From the IMG/VR virus record IMGVR_UViG_3300021185_003723: a DNA stretch of 64,000 nucleotides; one strand, given 5' to 3'. Below, one piece after another: positions 1-9,219 of the stretch. A program made the position numbers and the translations under genes. The number at the start of each line of letters is the position of its first letter. Positions within the stretch are counted from its first letter, which is position 1. This stretch comes from an uncultured virus (IMG/VR IMGVR_UViG_3300021185_003723). Lineage: Duplodnaviria > Heunggongvirae > Uroviricota > Caudoviricetes. The notes under the pieces are model-generated. The model saw nothing but the letters and a program-made list of their open reading frames with translations, did no database searches and was not told the DNA's origin.

Positions 1-304
1 TTTTAATATATCTTAGAAATATAAGAAACGGTTTAATGACTGGCCAATGTCTTTGATCTAATTTTAACTCTAATATTTTACATCCAGCTTCAATACCAAA
101 CATATTAAAAATAACAATAAGATGATTAAGAATCAATCGTTCTGATAATTCGTTAGTAGCTAAGTAACGATTTACTAATCTTTTAATATATTTAAATCTT
201 TTCAAGTCTTCGTAAAAATCCTCTGAGCTTGCGACCAGAGGATTATGATAGTTTTGTGCCGCATACAAAAGCAGGTTGCTCTCGGTTACATTATCAAATT
301 TCAT
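1..304 (-). CDS. conserved T4-like marine phage hypothetical protein (partial, runs off window)
   Basis: Hand translation MKFDNVTESNLLLYAAQNYHNP...FYEDLKRFKYIKRL...RLILNHLIVIFNMFG; not in ORF track because truncated; TAAATA late-promoter-like motif upstream at about 332-338. Confidence 0.75.
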   Translation of the reverse strand, partial: MKFDNVTESNLLLYAAQNYHNPLVASSEDFYEDLKRFKYIKRLVNRYLATNELSERLILNHLIVIFNMFGIEAGCKILELKLDQRHWPVIKPFLIFLRYIK

Positions 305-338
305 TATATTTCCAATAATAAGTACTTTGACTTATTTA

Positions 339-692
339 TCAGTTATCTACAACTTCCTTTAATTCTTCAATTAAGGCATCTTTACCTTTTCTGCGATCTA
401 ACTCAACACCCAGGCCGCGGCCATGAGCTTCAAGTTCCATCTTAGTCATCTCTTCTAAGCTTTTGTGGTTGGCCGGCGCTTCGTTAAGTTGAAAGGCGAC
501 AGGCTTTTTAACTTCTTCCCTTGGAGCTTTAAACGGCCTAGTAGATTTTTTTTCCGTTACACCCATATATGAATCGATGTCCTCTTGTGCTATTGCTTGA
601 GATTTTAGTAATTCGTTCGATCTAGGATCCCTCCAACCGGTAAGTGTAGGGACTGCATTCTTCGCCCAACTAGGCGGGTTAATTGCTGCCAT
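339..692 (-). CDS. hypothetical protein with C-terminal HeH/Rho-N-like helical motif
   Basis: C-terminal LEEMTKMELEAHGRGLGVELDRRKGKDALIEEL; overlaps the upstream gene end. Confidence 0.65.
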   Translation of the reverse strand: MAAINPPSWAKNAVPTLTGWRDPRSNELLKSQAIAQEDIDSYMGVTEKKSTRPFKAPREEVKKPVAFQLNEAPANHKSLEEMTKMELEAHGRGLGVELDRRKGKDALIEELKEVVDN

Positions 693-1731
693 TTGTGACT
701 GCTCCTTTTACTGGATTAACAACATTCTTATCGCCCTTCATGTTATCATTGGGGCGCGCCTTTGCTGAAGGACCTTTACGACCAGCTTCTGCTGCATCGA
801 CGTGGCCTTTAGCTTCAGTATCATTTACTTCAGGCTTATGATCTTTTTTCATTTTCTTTGCAGAAGGTGAATCCTTAGAATCCATTTCTTCAGGAGCTGT
901 AGCACCTGCAGTATGAGATTGCTTTTCCATGATGCGAGCGTATACAGGCCATTTAGGTGACTCAGTTGCTTCGTGGTAGTGCCCTTTGATTGATTTCCCA
1001 ACCAGCTTTTTAGCGTCAGCGTGATCCATAGGTTTTTTTAGTTTTACAGCTTTTGTTGTTATAACTGAGCCCCCGCGGTTTTTTGCCATCTTTTTTGCAA
1101 AGGCGTGATCATCTGATGTTGCAACACGCATTCCAGCCCTATTTGTTACAAGATGATGGCTGCCATCATACAGTTTCCAAGGTGCAAATCCATGAGCGGT
1201 GCCTTTTTTATCAACTAAAGCATGAGTATGAGGTCTGTCATCATCATCGTCGTCAACAGCTTCTATTCTTAAAAGGTTTTCAGCTGTTGCTTCGCCTTTA
1301 TCCGTATCAGTCTCTTGGCGTGGTTTGACTTCAGACTTCTCGCCTTTTTTCTTATTGCGTAATTTCTTAAAGTCAGCTGCATCGATGTCGCCATCTTTAT
1401 CGTGATCTAGTTTATGCTGATCACCTTTCAATGCTTCTTTTTTCATTGGTGAACCGTCAGCGTTTTTGCCTTTTGCTTTAAGTGCTGCTGTATTAGCGGC
1501 TACTCGAGCATCAATAGCTTTTTTAGCGGCTGGAGATACCATAGAACCATAGCCTTCGTCTTTAGTATCTTTCTTTGGAATATCGAAGGGTGCTTTAGGC
1601 AGAGTTACTGCTGCTTTACCCTTTTCGGATGACGCTGATGCTTTAGCAAGTTTCTTTGCTAAAGCTGCTTTTGCTGATTCCTGGACCTGTTGCAGAGCTT
1701 GGCCCATGTCTTTAATGTCTTGTGTTTTCAT
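679..1731 (-). CDS. Lys/Ala-rich hypothetical protein, possible internal head protein
   Basis: RBS AAAGGAAA before ATG at 1731; EF-hand-like DHDKDGDIDAADF; charged low-complexity modules. Confidence 0.65.
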   Translation of the reverse strand: MKTQDIKDMGQALQQVQESAKAALAKKLAKASASSEKGKAAVTLPKAPFDIPKKDTKDEGYGSMVSPAAKKAIDARVAANTAALKAKGKNADGSPMKKEALKGDQHKLDHDKDGDIDAADFKKLRNKKKGEKSEVKPRQETDTDKGEATAENLLRIEAVDDDDDDRPHTHALVDKKGTAHGFAPWKLYDGSHHLVTNRAGMRVATSDDHAFAKKMAKNRGGSVITTKAVKLKKPMDHADAKKLVGKSIKGHYHEATESPKWPVYARIMEKQSHTAGATAPEEMDSKDSPSAKKMKKDHKPEVNDTEAKGHVDAAEAGRKGPSAKARPNDNMKGDKNVVNPVKGAVTNGSN

Positions 1732-1742
1732 TTTAGTTTCCT

Positions 1743-2015
1743 TTACATCCACATTTGGGCTGCGATTGATCCAGAGATAGCTACTACGGCTACCCAGAAT
1801 AATTTATTTATTATACTAACAGTGTTAGCGTTATCTCTTACTTGTTCTTCAATACTATCAAGTTTTTTGCTAAAGTGGTTCATACGTTCCCAACCACTAT
1901 CTTGGGCCTGCTTAATACCGGCAATCTTTTCTTCAGCACGGGCCAATGCAATCATTGCTTCGGTAAGGCTGTCGAGTTTTTCTTCGATTCGGTCCAGGCG
2001 AGCATTCGTTGTCAT
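1743..2015 (-). CDS. coiled-coil protein with C-terminal transmembrane helix (holin/XhlA-like architecture)
   Basis: RLDRIEEKLDSL coiled coil; LFWVAVVAISGSIAAQMWM TM; likely start MTTNARL. Confidence 0.6.
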   Translation of the reverse strand: MTTNARLDRIEEKLDSLTEAMIALARAEEKIAGIKQAQDSGWERMNHFSKKLDSIEEQVRDNANTVSIINKLFWVAVVAISGSIAAQMWM

Positions 2016-2052
2016 GGTAATTTCCGGTGTTATTTCTAAAGAAGGTTTCATA

Positions 2053-2343
2053 TTAGCAGTTCCATCTCCGTCGAGCTTGACGAAGTCGGCTGTCAGGATC
2101 TTTGGCTGCAGCCGGAAACTTTTTCATTTGTCCTGCGCTGCGAGCGCAATAAGATTTTCGCCTATTGGCAGACTTAGATCCTTTTTTCAATTTGCTAGGC
2201 TTAGTAGTCACAGCAGTTTTTAAGTTACCGCCTGTCTTTCTATTAACTGCGTCAACGCCTTTTTGCGTCATGCCAGCGCCTTTGTCAGTTGCACGAAAAT
2301 GACCCTTAGAATCTTTTTCTAAAAAAGTTTTAAATCTATCCAC
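2053..2343 (-). CDS. basic hypothetical protein (DUF6321-like)
   Basis: RRKSYCARSAG...SRLRQARRRWNC motif; probable GTG start giving MDRFKTFLE. Confidence 0.65.
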   Translation of the reverse strand: MDRFKTFLEKDSKGHFRATDKGAGMTQKGVDAVNRKTGGNLKTAVTTKPSKLKKGSKSANRRKSYCARSAGQMKKFPAAAKDPDSRLRQARRRWNC

Positions 2344-2569
2344 CGAACTCGTGCCCCGCAACTCGCTTCATTTGCTTATTAAATTCAGCCTGATCAGGCT
2401 TGCTCTTATATAATTTGATAGAAATCTCAGGACGTTCTTTTCCTTTGATTCTCCAATTGTAACCATCAGCCTTATGTTCAGCGCTTGTAGTCTTTACAAC
2501 TCTGCGTTTATATCCTGCTTCCCAGGACTCTGATTTCTTTTCAGATATAAACGCTTTAAACTTTATCAT
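2336..2569 (-). CDS. hypothetical protein with capsid-targeting-like N-terminus
   Basis: Starts MIKFKAFISE; ATGA overlap with upstream gene. Confidence 0.7.
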   Translation of the reverse strand: MIKFKAFISEKKSESWEAGYKRRVVKTTSAEHKADGYNWRIKGKERPEISIKLYKSKPDQAEFNKQMKRVAGHEFGG

Positions 2570-2880
2570 GATGACATACCATGTTTCTTTCTAAAATCAG
2601 CTAAGTCCTTGTCAGCAGTTTTACGCCGTTCAGCAGCTTTTTTCGCATCAGCCTCACGATCGGCCTGTGTTCTACCACTAGCTTTATCCATTTGCTTTAG
2701 AAGACGATCTCTTGCCGGGCCTTCTGTTACTTCATCTTCAGCAGTATCGCATTCACCACAACAATCTGGGGTTCCGCAGTTAGGGTGATCTTTTTTTAAA
2801 TCTTCTGAATAAGCAGCATGCGTATCGGCGTGCTGCTCTAAACCCCATATTTGCATAAGATGTTCTCGCGTAGTTGTCAT
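2566..2880 (-). CDS. hypothetical protein with Cys-rich motif
   Basis: HPNCGTPDCCGEC; ATGA overlap. Confidence 0.65.
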   Translation of the reverse strand: MTTTREHLMQIWGLEQHADTHAAYSEDLKKDHPNCGTPDCCGECDTAEDEVTEGPARDRLLKQMDKASGRTQADREADAKKAAERRKTADKDLADFRKKHGMSS

Positions 2881-3821
2881 TCGTTTTTCATTTTCTTACG
2901 GTCGGCTGCTTCAGCATCAGCTTTAGCATTACCAGCCTTCTTCATTGCGTCAATGCCTTTACCTTCTTTTGCAGGTACTTTAGCTTTACCAGTTAATTTA
3001 TCAACAGCAGTAGATGTACCTTTATTACGATTAATAAATGTCTTAATACCTTTTTTAGCTTGATCTTTTCCTGCTTTAGAAATATCACGATCGCCTGATC
3101 GTGAGTCAGTGTATCCACGCTCAGTACTCTTTGCAGCATCTGCTGTACTTACTTGTGCCTTTTTGATATAACGGCCGGCCATACCTTTTGAGATCTCGGC
3201 AAATGTTTTAACGCCTTCGTTCTTAGGTTTGTCGTGAGTGTATCCCATCTTCTTCATTCGAAGGTGATCGGCTTCTTTTTCAGCTTTATAGCCCTTGCCT
3301 GTTTTAGGATCATACATCATGTGAGGTTCGAACGTTTCTTTTTTAGGCATACGCGCAGCAAGATCCGCTGTTGATACACTTTTCTTCCCAGCTTCACGTT
3401 CTTTTTCTTGACGTTTCTTTGCCATCGCGGTGGCCTTTTGGACATCAGCGATTGTTAGCTCTTTGACGTCTTCTTTACGAGACTTACATTTAGACTGTTC
3501 AGAGGTGCACTGAGCATCTGTTAGCTTAGCGTTATCATTTGGACATGTACAATTAGGATCAGGATTACCTTTTTCACAGCCACAATCTTTACAATACATG
3601 GTAGCTTCGGTCTGCTCTTCCATATCATCTTGGCGTGGCTTAGTAGCTTTAGCTTCTCTAGCCAATGCAGACTTAAGCCATTCAAGAGTTTTCTCTTGCT
3701 TGATAACTTCTCTATCCACAGGGACCATACGTGTACCCTTTTTACCATCAGGTTTTGTATAGATCTCTGGTTTTTTGTCAGCACTTCTTATGTTTTCTAA
3801 TAGTTCGAAAAATGTTTTCAT
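2877..3821 (-). CDS. hypothetical protein, possible internal head (poly)protein
   Basis: Starts MKTFFELLE; CxxC module; modules separated by K/V-x-E sites. Confidence 0.7.
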   Translation of the reverse strand: MKTFFELLENIRSADKKPEIYTKPDGKKGTRMVPVDREVIKQEKTLEWLKSALAREAKATKPRQDDMEEQTEATMYCKDCGCEKGNPDPNCTCPNDNAKLTDAQCTSEQSKCKSRKEDVKELTIADVQKATAMAKKRQEKEREAGKKSVSTADLAARMPKKETFEPHMMYDPKTGKGYKAEKEADHLRMKKMGYTHDKPKNEGVKTFAEISKGMAGRYIKKAQVSTADAAKSTERGYTDSRSGDRDISKAGKDQAKKGIKTFINRNKGTSTAVDKLTGKAKVPAKEGKGIDAMKKAGNAKADAEAADRKKMKNE

Positions 3822-4060
3822 TACGCTAGATCCTTATCGTGGTTAAGACCACCTTTTTTCTTTTTAACAATAAACGCATTAACTCGTGCATGTCCCCACT
3901 GAGATGGCGTGGTGCCAGGTCTGTGACCGGTTTTCCATGCAGCAACACCGCGGTTATATACTTTACGCAGCGTTCCCGTTGATATGCCAGATTTTTTAGA
4001 CTTATCAGCAAACGAAGTGCCGGCTTTATCTTCTGCTATGTACTGTTTAAAGTTAATCAT
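3821..4060 (-). CDS. hypothetical protein (DUF5824-like)
   Basis: MINFKQYIAE start; VYNRGVAAWKTGHRPG...QWGHARVNAF motif. Confidence 0.7.
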   Translation of the reverse strand: MINFKQYIAEDKAGTSFADKSKKSGISTGTLRKVYNRGVAAWKTGHRPGTTPSQWGHARVNAFIVKKKKGGLNHDKDLA

Positions 4061-5316
4061 TTGGTAGCCTTATTTTTTACTTTAGTGTCTAATGTTCTTG
4101 CCTTGTCCATCATACTATCATGGCGTTTAGCATCAGATTTTTTTTCTCTATCAATCTTAGCTTTTGCAATATCAGCGGCTGTGGGATCTGATTCTTCGCC
4201 ATACATCTTTTTAAACTTCTTAGTCCATGTAGATGTTTTAGTTTTACCCTTTGCATCACCAGGAGCTGGCTTATAAGCACTAGAATCGTTATCTGCCTTT
4301 TTACCGTGTTTCTTAAAGTGACGATCTCTTGCTACCTTTGTAGCTTTTTTTAAACCTTTATGATATGCCTTAGGTTGTGATCCTTCACGGTCTTTAATAT
4401 CAGAATCTTGAGGTGTACTCTCATTCTGTCCAGGTGTGGTCTTTTTCATATATTTTACTGAAGCATCAGTGCCATAGTCGTATTTTGCCTCTTCTACGAT
4501 CTTCTCAACAGCGTCTAGCCATTGTCTCGTAGTCTTATCAGAAGTTTCTACGATTACGTAGTTAGATCCGATGAGTGTGATTTTACCAACCTCAGATGTT
4601 TTCTTAACAATGACTTGTTCTCCGAGTTCAAAAAGTTCACCTTTAACAAAAGCTTCTCTAGTTTCTGACACGGTCTTGAGTTGGACATGTCTTTTAAATT
4701 CTTGCTCTTCCTTTAATCCCATACCATTACGTACAGCATTGAACATTTTCTTTGCATCAGGATTTGATATAGCTTTAGACAATCCTTGAGAGAAAGCAGT
4801 AAAGTCGTTGCTTTGTGCATAGCCTCTTTGTTTGGTGCCAGATGCGCCTTCAGCGCCTTTGCCGTCAGGATCTCTCTGTCCTGCACTAACTATCTTAACG
4901 CCACCATCAAAGTTATAAAAACCATGATTACCCTTTTTGCCATTGTACTTATTTAAACGTAGATCGTATTCTTTTACACGATCTGAACCGGCAATCATGA
5001 TAACCTTTTTGAATCCGGCATCGTACATCGCAGATAAGGCATGAAAAGGAGTTATAACCTTTTTATCGATGATAATAGATCTTGCATGTCTGGGGAACAT
5101 CTTACGAGCAAACTTTACTTTGTCTGAATACGTAAGAGGATTATCTTTTTTATCATTAGATTGTGACAAATAGATACGATAAGGTGCTCGTCCAGCAACC
5201 GCGGCGAGCTTGTCTAATAGCTTACCATGTCCAATAGTAGGAGGATTCATTCGGCCAAAGACCAAATAACCAACTTTTTCTTCTTCTACTAAATATTCAC
5301 TAAACCTATTGATCAT
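4057..5316 (-). CDS. HIGH-family nucleotidyltransferase (cytidyltransferase-like) with C-terminal extensions
   Basis: FGRMNPPTIGHGKL HIGH-type motif, AGSDR, SAGQRDPD...GASGTK; MINRFSEYLVEE start. Confidence 0.8.
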   Translation of the reverse strand: MINRFSEYLVEEEKVGYLVFGRMNPPTIGHGKLLDKLAAVAGRAPYRIYLSQSNDKKDNPLTYSDKVKFARKMFPRHARSIIIDKKVITPFHALSAMYDAGFKKVIMIAGSDRVKEYDLRLNKYNGKKGNHGFYNFDGGVKIVSAGQRDPDGKGAEGASGTKQRGYAQSNDFTAFSQGLSKAISNPDAKKMFNAVRNGMGLKEEQEFKRHVQLKTVSETREAFVKGELFELGEQVIVKKTSEVGKITLIGSNYVIVETSDKTTRQWLDAVEKIVEEAKYDYGTDASVKYMKKTTPGQNESTPQDSDIKDREGSQPKAYHKGLKKATKVARDRHFKKHGKKADNDSSAYKPAPGDAKGKTKTSTWTKKFKKMYGEESDPTAADIAKAKIDREKKSDAKRHDSMMDKARTLDTKVKNKATK

Positions 5317-5849
5317 TTACCGTGAGCTCTCTGTCTTACTTTTGGCATGATTTTGCGTGTAAGTCTATTTACTCTTGGCTTCATTTTATCAATTCTTTTT
5401 TCAAGTTCACGTTTTTTAGCCGGCGTAAGATCTGAGCGAGGTATACCTTTTGTCAGCTTTTTATATATCATATCCCTAGCCTGCTTCCGTGCACGCTTCT
5501 TAATGCGTTCAGGGTTAGCAACGCGTTTTGACATGCGCTTTCTAGCTATAGCTAATTTGTTTTTATTTTTTCGCATATCACGTGAACGTTTCATTCGTGA
5601 CTGCATTGACAATGCTTCATCCGTAGATTCATCGTTGTCTTCATTAGCGCGCTTCATGAGATCAGCGATCTTGCCCATAGTTTTCTTATCTTTATTGGTA
5701 AGATCAGGCTTCTTTGTCATGACTGTTTGGCCATCAGGAATCGTAGCTTCATACATATGCTTACGACGCTTCATAGCACGGTACTTTAGGTACTCGTCTT
5801 CTCCTGATTCAACAGGTGTAATCATTAGCTCTTTAAAACTATACATCAA
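5313..5849 (-). CDS. highly basic hypothetical protein, possible internal head/DNA-binding protein
   Basis: TDEALSMQSRMKR...Arg/Lys-rich C-terminal half. Confidence 0.7.
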   Translation of the reverse strand: MMYSFKELMITPVESGEDEYLKYRAMKRRKHMYEATIPDGQTVMTKKPDLTNKDKKTMGKIADLMKRANEDNDESTDEALSMQSRMKRSRDMRKNKNKLAIARKRMSKRVANPERIKKRARKQARDMIYKKLTKGIPRSDLTPAKKRELEKRIDKMKPRVNRLTRKIMPKVRQRAHGK

Positions 5850-7075
5850 TTTCTTCCCGGTTTATCCCATCCCTTTAATATATCTTTGCTAAAGTTGTTG
5901 TACGAAAATTCCATCCGATCAACAATCTTAACAGCATCACCACCAAGTTTATCAATTGCAACGTAACCTTCTTCTCCAGTTACCTTGTATCCATTTTGTG
6001 TTTTTACGAAGGTCTTTATCTTCGCAAGCTTGTTTAGTATATTTATAAGTTTTAATTTCGCTAAAACCATTACTTTTTGAAGTTCAAACATTTGTTCTAA
6101 ACTTTTTCTATTTTGTGTACTAAAAAATACTAATATTGCATCTAGCTTTTTTTGTTGGGCGTCTTTACCTTTTTCGGTTTTGCGCTTATCGATTTCTTTT
6201 TGATAGCGTTGACCGATCCACTTAATGAGCCCAGATACATGTCCTCTTGTATTTCCAATGACTGTACCTGATCTAACAAAGGAGTTGTTGTATGTCTCAA
6301 TGAGGCTCGATAGCTCTTTGTTGGCTTCGAGTTGTTTGAGCGTTGTTCCTGAGATCTTGTTAAAGATTTTACCAGCTTGCGATAGATATTCATTCACTTC
6401 TTCCGTTTCACGTTTTGTCATAGTTGCATTGGTTAAATCCCTGAGCATTGCGTCTTGCGACCACACAGCTCTGGTTGACTTAAACTTGGAGACTTGTACT
6501 CCGTACGAAGCTCGCATAGTACTGAAGGTGTTACCCTTGTAGGTTGTATGCCAGACGATTCCAATTTTAGATTTCTTAATAGATGCAGCTCCAGCCGAGC
6601 TGCTTGGCACCGCATAGACGATAGTATTAGGATGAAATGTAACATATGACTCTCCGTCGATTTTTGTGGTTTTTACATCGCCTGGTCCATACAAAAAATC
6701 ACCTTGAACTACACCTTTAATACCTAAAGCTGGTAATTCCTTTAACGCTACCTTAAGTTTATCAGCAAGATCTCCCTTTGTATCAGCATCAACATCTGCT
6801 GGAGTCTTGTAGACTTTAGGATTCTTATTAAAGATACCTTTCTTTGCTACAAAAAACTTTCCATCGCTGGGATCTATGCCGGCAAATATAGCAGGAGCTC
6901 CATCCCATTTAACTGATACGCTACCGTTATGTTCACCTTTAAGCATATCTCTTAAAGAACGTAAGGCCATGATAGCCTCTCGTGTTCCTTTTACGCCACC
7001 ATATATAACCTTATCTTCGATATGGGTCATATGTGTATTTTTGTTTTCGGTTATGTGTGTTTTAAAATTTTCCAT
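5846..7075 (-). CDS. DUF6267-like protein with ligase/nucleotidyltransferase-type motifs
   Basis: THMTHIED, SVKWDGAPA (KxDG), QGDFLY, GEEGYVA, VKIVDRMEFS. Confidence 0.75.
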   Translation of the reverse strand: MENFKTHITENKNTHMTHIEDKVIYGGVKGTREAIMALRSLRDMLKGEHNGSVSVKWDGAPAIFAGIDPSDGKFFVAKKGIFNKNPKVYKTPADVDADTKGDLADKLKVALKELPALGIKGVVQGDFLYGPGDVKTTKIDGESYVTFHPNTIVYAVPSSSAGAASIKKSKIGIVWHTTYKGNTFSTMRASYGVQVSKFKSTRAVWSQDAMLRDLTNATMTKRETEEVNEYLSQAGKIFNKISGTTLKQLEANKELSSLIETYNNSFVRSGTVIGNTRGHVSGLIKWIGQRYQKEIDKRKTEKGKDAQQKKLDAILVFFSTQNRKSLEQMFELQKVMVLAKLKLINILNKLAKIKTFVKTQNGYKVTGEEGYVAIDKLGGDAVKIVDRMEFSYNNFSKDILKGWDKPGRN

Positions 7076-7081
7076 ATGACC

Positions 7082-7110
7082 CTTATACCATGTTTCTTAT
7101 CGGATGTACA
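7082..7110 (-). promoter_or_regulatory. sigma70-like early promoter, probably giving a leaderless transcript
   Basis: TGTACA-17 nt-TATAAG with extended TG; ATG 6 nt downstream. Confidence 0.7.
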
Positions 7111-7113
7111 CAG

Positions 7114-7701
7114 TTATTCTAATAAAGTTGCAACTAAATGCACTCGGTTTTCTTCTCCACCATTAAAAAAGTTATGGTAAACCGTATTATCAGTAATGAA
7201 TACAGTACCATCTGCACGCATATAATACGCTCCATCTTCAATAATCATTCTACAACCTTTGTTTGTAACAAGCGGAATATGAATCCTGCGTTCAGGATCT
7301 CTGTGCCATGATAGACACGATCTTGGTGGCTTCATTAGAAATCGAAGTCTACCTATATCCCACTTTAAACTTAACAAACTAAATACTTCTTCAGTATATG
7401 TGTCCTCAAATTCTGGACAAATTTCTGTATATGCAGCTTCATCTACGTATGGTAGACGTTCTTCTTCTTTGTCTTCGTCGGTTGGATAAGTCCAATACTT
7501 ACCTCTGACATTTCCACCAGTGACCGAGTTAGGATCACCAGGTATTCTATTGACGCATACGGCATTGAAATCAATATTGCGAGCGTCGTCTGTTGCGTGT
7601 TCGTTTTCTTTTATAAATCTAACGTAATCCATATATAGAAGATCGACATCTATATTTAAATCATGTTCCTCGATGGGATCATGCTCACTTATCCATTTCA
7701 C
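7114..7701 (-). CDS. Asp/Asn beta-hydroxylase-like Fe(II)/2OG oxygenase
   Basis: WHRDPERRIHIPLVTN...YHNFFNGGEENRVHLV (HxD...H...RxH). Confidence 0.75.
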   Translation of the reverse strand: MKWISEHDPIEEHDLNIDVDLLYMDYVRFIKENEHATDDARNIDFNAVCVNRIPGDPNSVTGGNVRGKYWTYPTDEDKEEERLPYVDEAAYTEICPEFEDTYTEEVFSLLSLKWDIGRLRFLMKPPRSCLSWHRDPERRIHIPLVTNKGCRMIIEDGAYYMRADGTVFITDNTVYHNFFNGGEENRVHLVATLLE

Positions 7702-7711
7702 TATCTTATCC

Positions 7712-9079
7712 TTATGCTTGCTCAGCTTTTACATATGCTGAGGAATCGTTTGTTTTCGCAGCCATAACATTCACTACTTCAGATGTGAATGCGTCTCTTT
7801 GTGTTTGACTAGCACTCATAATAGCTGCACCTATATGAGCTGCCGCAAGTAATGTATGAACAAAACCTGCATTTTTTTGTTTCATTTCAGATTCGAATTG
7901 TAATCTGTCAGTTTTAGGATGAATTTTTTTGACAAGATTAAAGAAGTCTGTTACTAATTTTTCAGGAGGTCTATTACTAACTAGTAATTTTGCCTGTGTT
8001 ACAAGCTCTTTGTTTGTTGGTAAAATCTTTTTTAAATGTATACCAGAAGAATACATTAATTGGCCATAACCAGTTCTACCTGCTCTAGCACCTGTACCTT
8101 TTAGTTCAAAGTTTAATGCACCAAATACACTGGGAGATCTGACTTCAGCCTTTTTATTATTGTCATAAATGAAAAAACCGTATTTAGACGACCAAATGCT
8201 TTTACCTGCTGCTGTTTCTAATGTGAATCTAGAAAACTTATGAGTGTCTAATATTGAGTCTTCAATATTATAATCACCCAATTTTACTCTTTTATTTTTT
8301 CCAACCTTTTTAAGTGAAATACCAACTATAGTCTTATTTTGAAAATGCTTTAATATTAATATATTTAGCTCAGCTAATGTTTTAGCCTTTGCAAATAGGG
8401 CTTTAGGATCTATTCCTCTTTTTACTGCCCAGATATCGCCTGGATTCCACTTGTCACTATTAAGGCTCGGTTTACTTTCTAATTTTCTTACTCTATCTTT
8501 TGCTTTATAAATTGCTTCCATGACAGAATCACCTCTATGAAGAGTATGATTTTTTGTTACATATTTTTTCTTAATTAAAGCTTGAGCTATTTGATATGCA
8601 GATGCATGCCAATCGCCATCAATATTAACATATGTCTCAAATGCTTCACTTACGTTGACTTTACCCTGATACTTTTTAAGAGTTTCATAAGTAAAATGGG
8701 AAAATTCGTTTCGTGTTCCTTCTCCTAATATTGCAACAATATATAAACAATGTAATGATTCAAACCTTGCCGTGTCTCCTGTAGCACCGCCACCTGCCCC
8801 TTGGCCGCCAAATAATGGAGATTTGCCAATCATATTAGATTGGATAGTACCACCGTTTTTTAAATCTAAACTAACTGACACAGCACTATTGTCAGCTATA
8901 TAGTCCTTCATTGCCTTAATGTTTCTAGAAGTATTAGCAATAAATACGTCTTTCCCGTCAATATCGCTTACGGGATCTCCTGCCTTTATTGCATTAATAA
9001 AGACTTCAACTCTTTCTTGATTAGATCCGCGTACAGGTTTATTCCACTCTGCACGAGCCATTTTAGCAAACGTAGCCAT
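7712..9079 (-). CDS. putative PD-(D/E)xK nuclease-fold protein
   Basis: ESLHCLY, DKWNPGDIWAV, GISLKK motifs; late promoter upstream. Confidence 0.6.
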   Translation of the reverse strand: MATFAKMARAEWNKPVRGSNQERVEVFINAIKAGDPVSDIDGKDVFIANTSRNIKAMKDYIADNSAVSVSLDLKNGGTIQSNMIGKSPLFGGQGAGGGATGDTARFESLHCLYIVAILGEGTRNEFSHFTYETLKKYQGKVNVSEAFETYVNIDGDWHASAYQIAQALIKKKYVTKNHTLHRGDSVMEAIYKAKDRVRKLESKPSLNSDKWNPGDIWAVKRGIDPKALFAKAKTLAELNILILKHFQNKTIVGISLKKVGKNKRVKLGDYNIEDSILDTHKFSRFTLETAAGKSIWSSKYGFFIYDNNKKAEVRSPSVFGALNFELKGTGARAGRTGYGQLMYSSGIHLKKILPTNKELVTQAKLLVSNRPPEKLVTDFFNLVKKIHPKTDRLQFESEMKQKNAGFVHTLLAAAHIGAAIMSASQTQRDAFTSEVVNVMAAKTNDSSAYVKAEQA

Positions 9080-9103
9080 ATCTTCTCCATAGAAACTTAT
9101 CTC

Positions 9104-9111
9104 TATTTATA
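9104..9111 (-). promoter_or_regulatory. T4-type late promoter
   Basis: TATAAATA on minus strand 25 nt upstream of the ATG. Confidence 0.7.
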
Positions 9112-9112
9112 T

Positions 9113-9137
9113 AAAAAGAAAGCAGCCGAAGCTGCTT
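9113..9137 (-). terminator. intrinsic terminator
   Basis: AAGCAGC-TTCG-GCTGCTT then TCTTTTT. Confidence 0.8.
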
Positions 9138-9140
9138 AAG

Positions 9141-9216
9141 TTGGGGAGAAAAAGGTGCCAGTGAGATGCCATGACTGTCCATGAGTCCACTCACTAGCTC
9201 GGCGGGCGTCCCCGAG
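9141..9216 (-). ncRNA. candidate structured small RNA
   Basis: GGGGA/TCCCC closing stem, GCTAGTGAG/CTCACTGGC stem, apical CATG stem; GC-rich intergenic segment before a terminator. Confidence 0.35.
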
Positions 9217-9219
9217 AAC

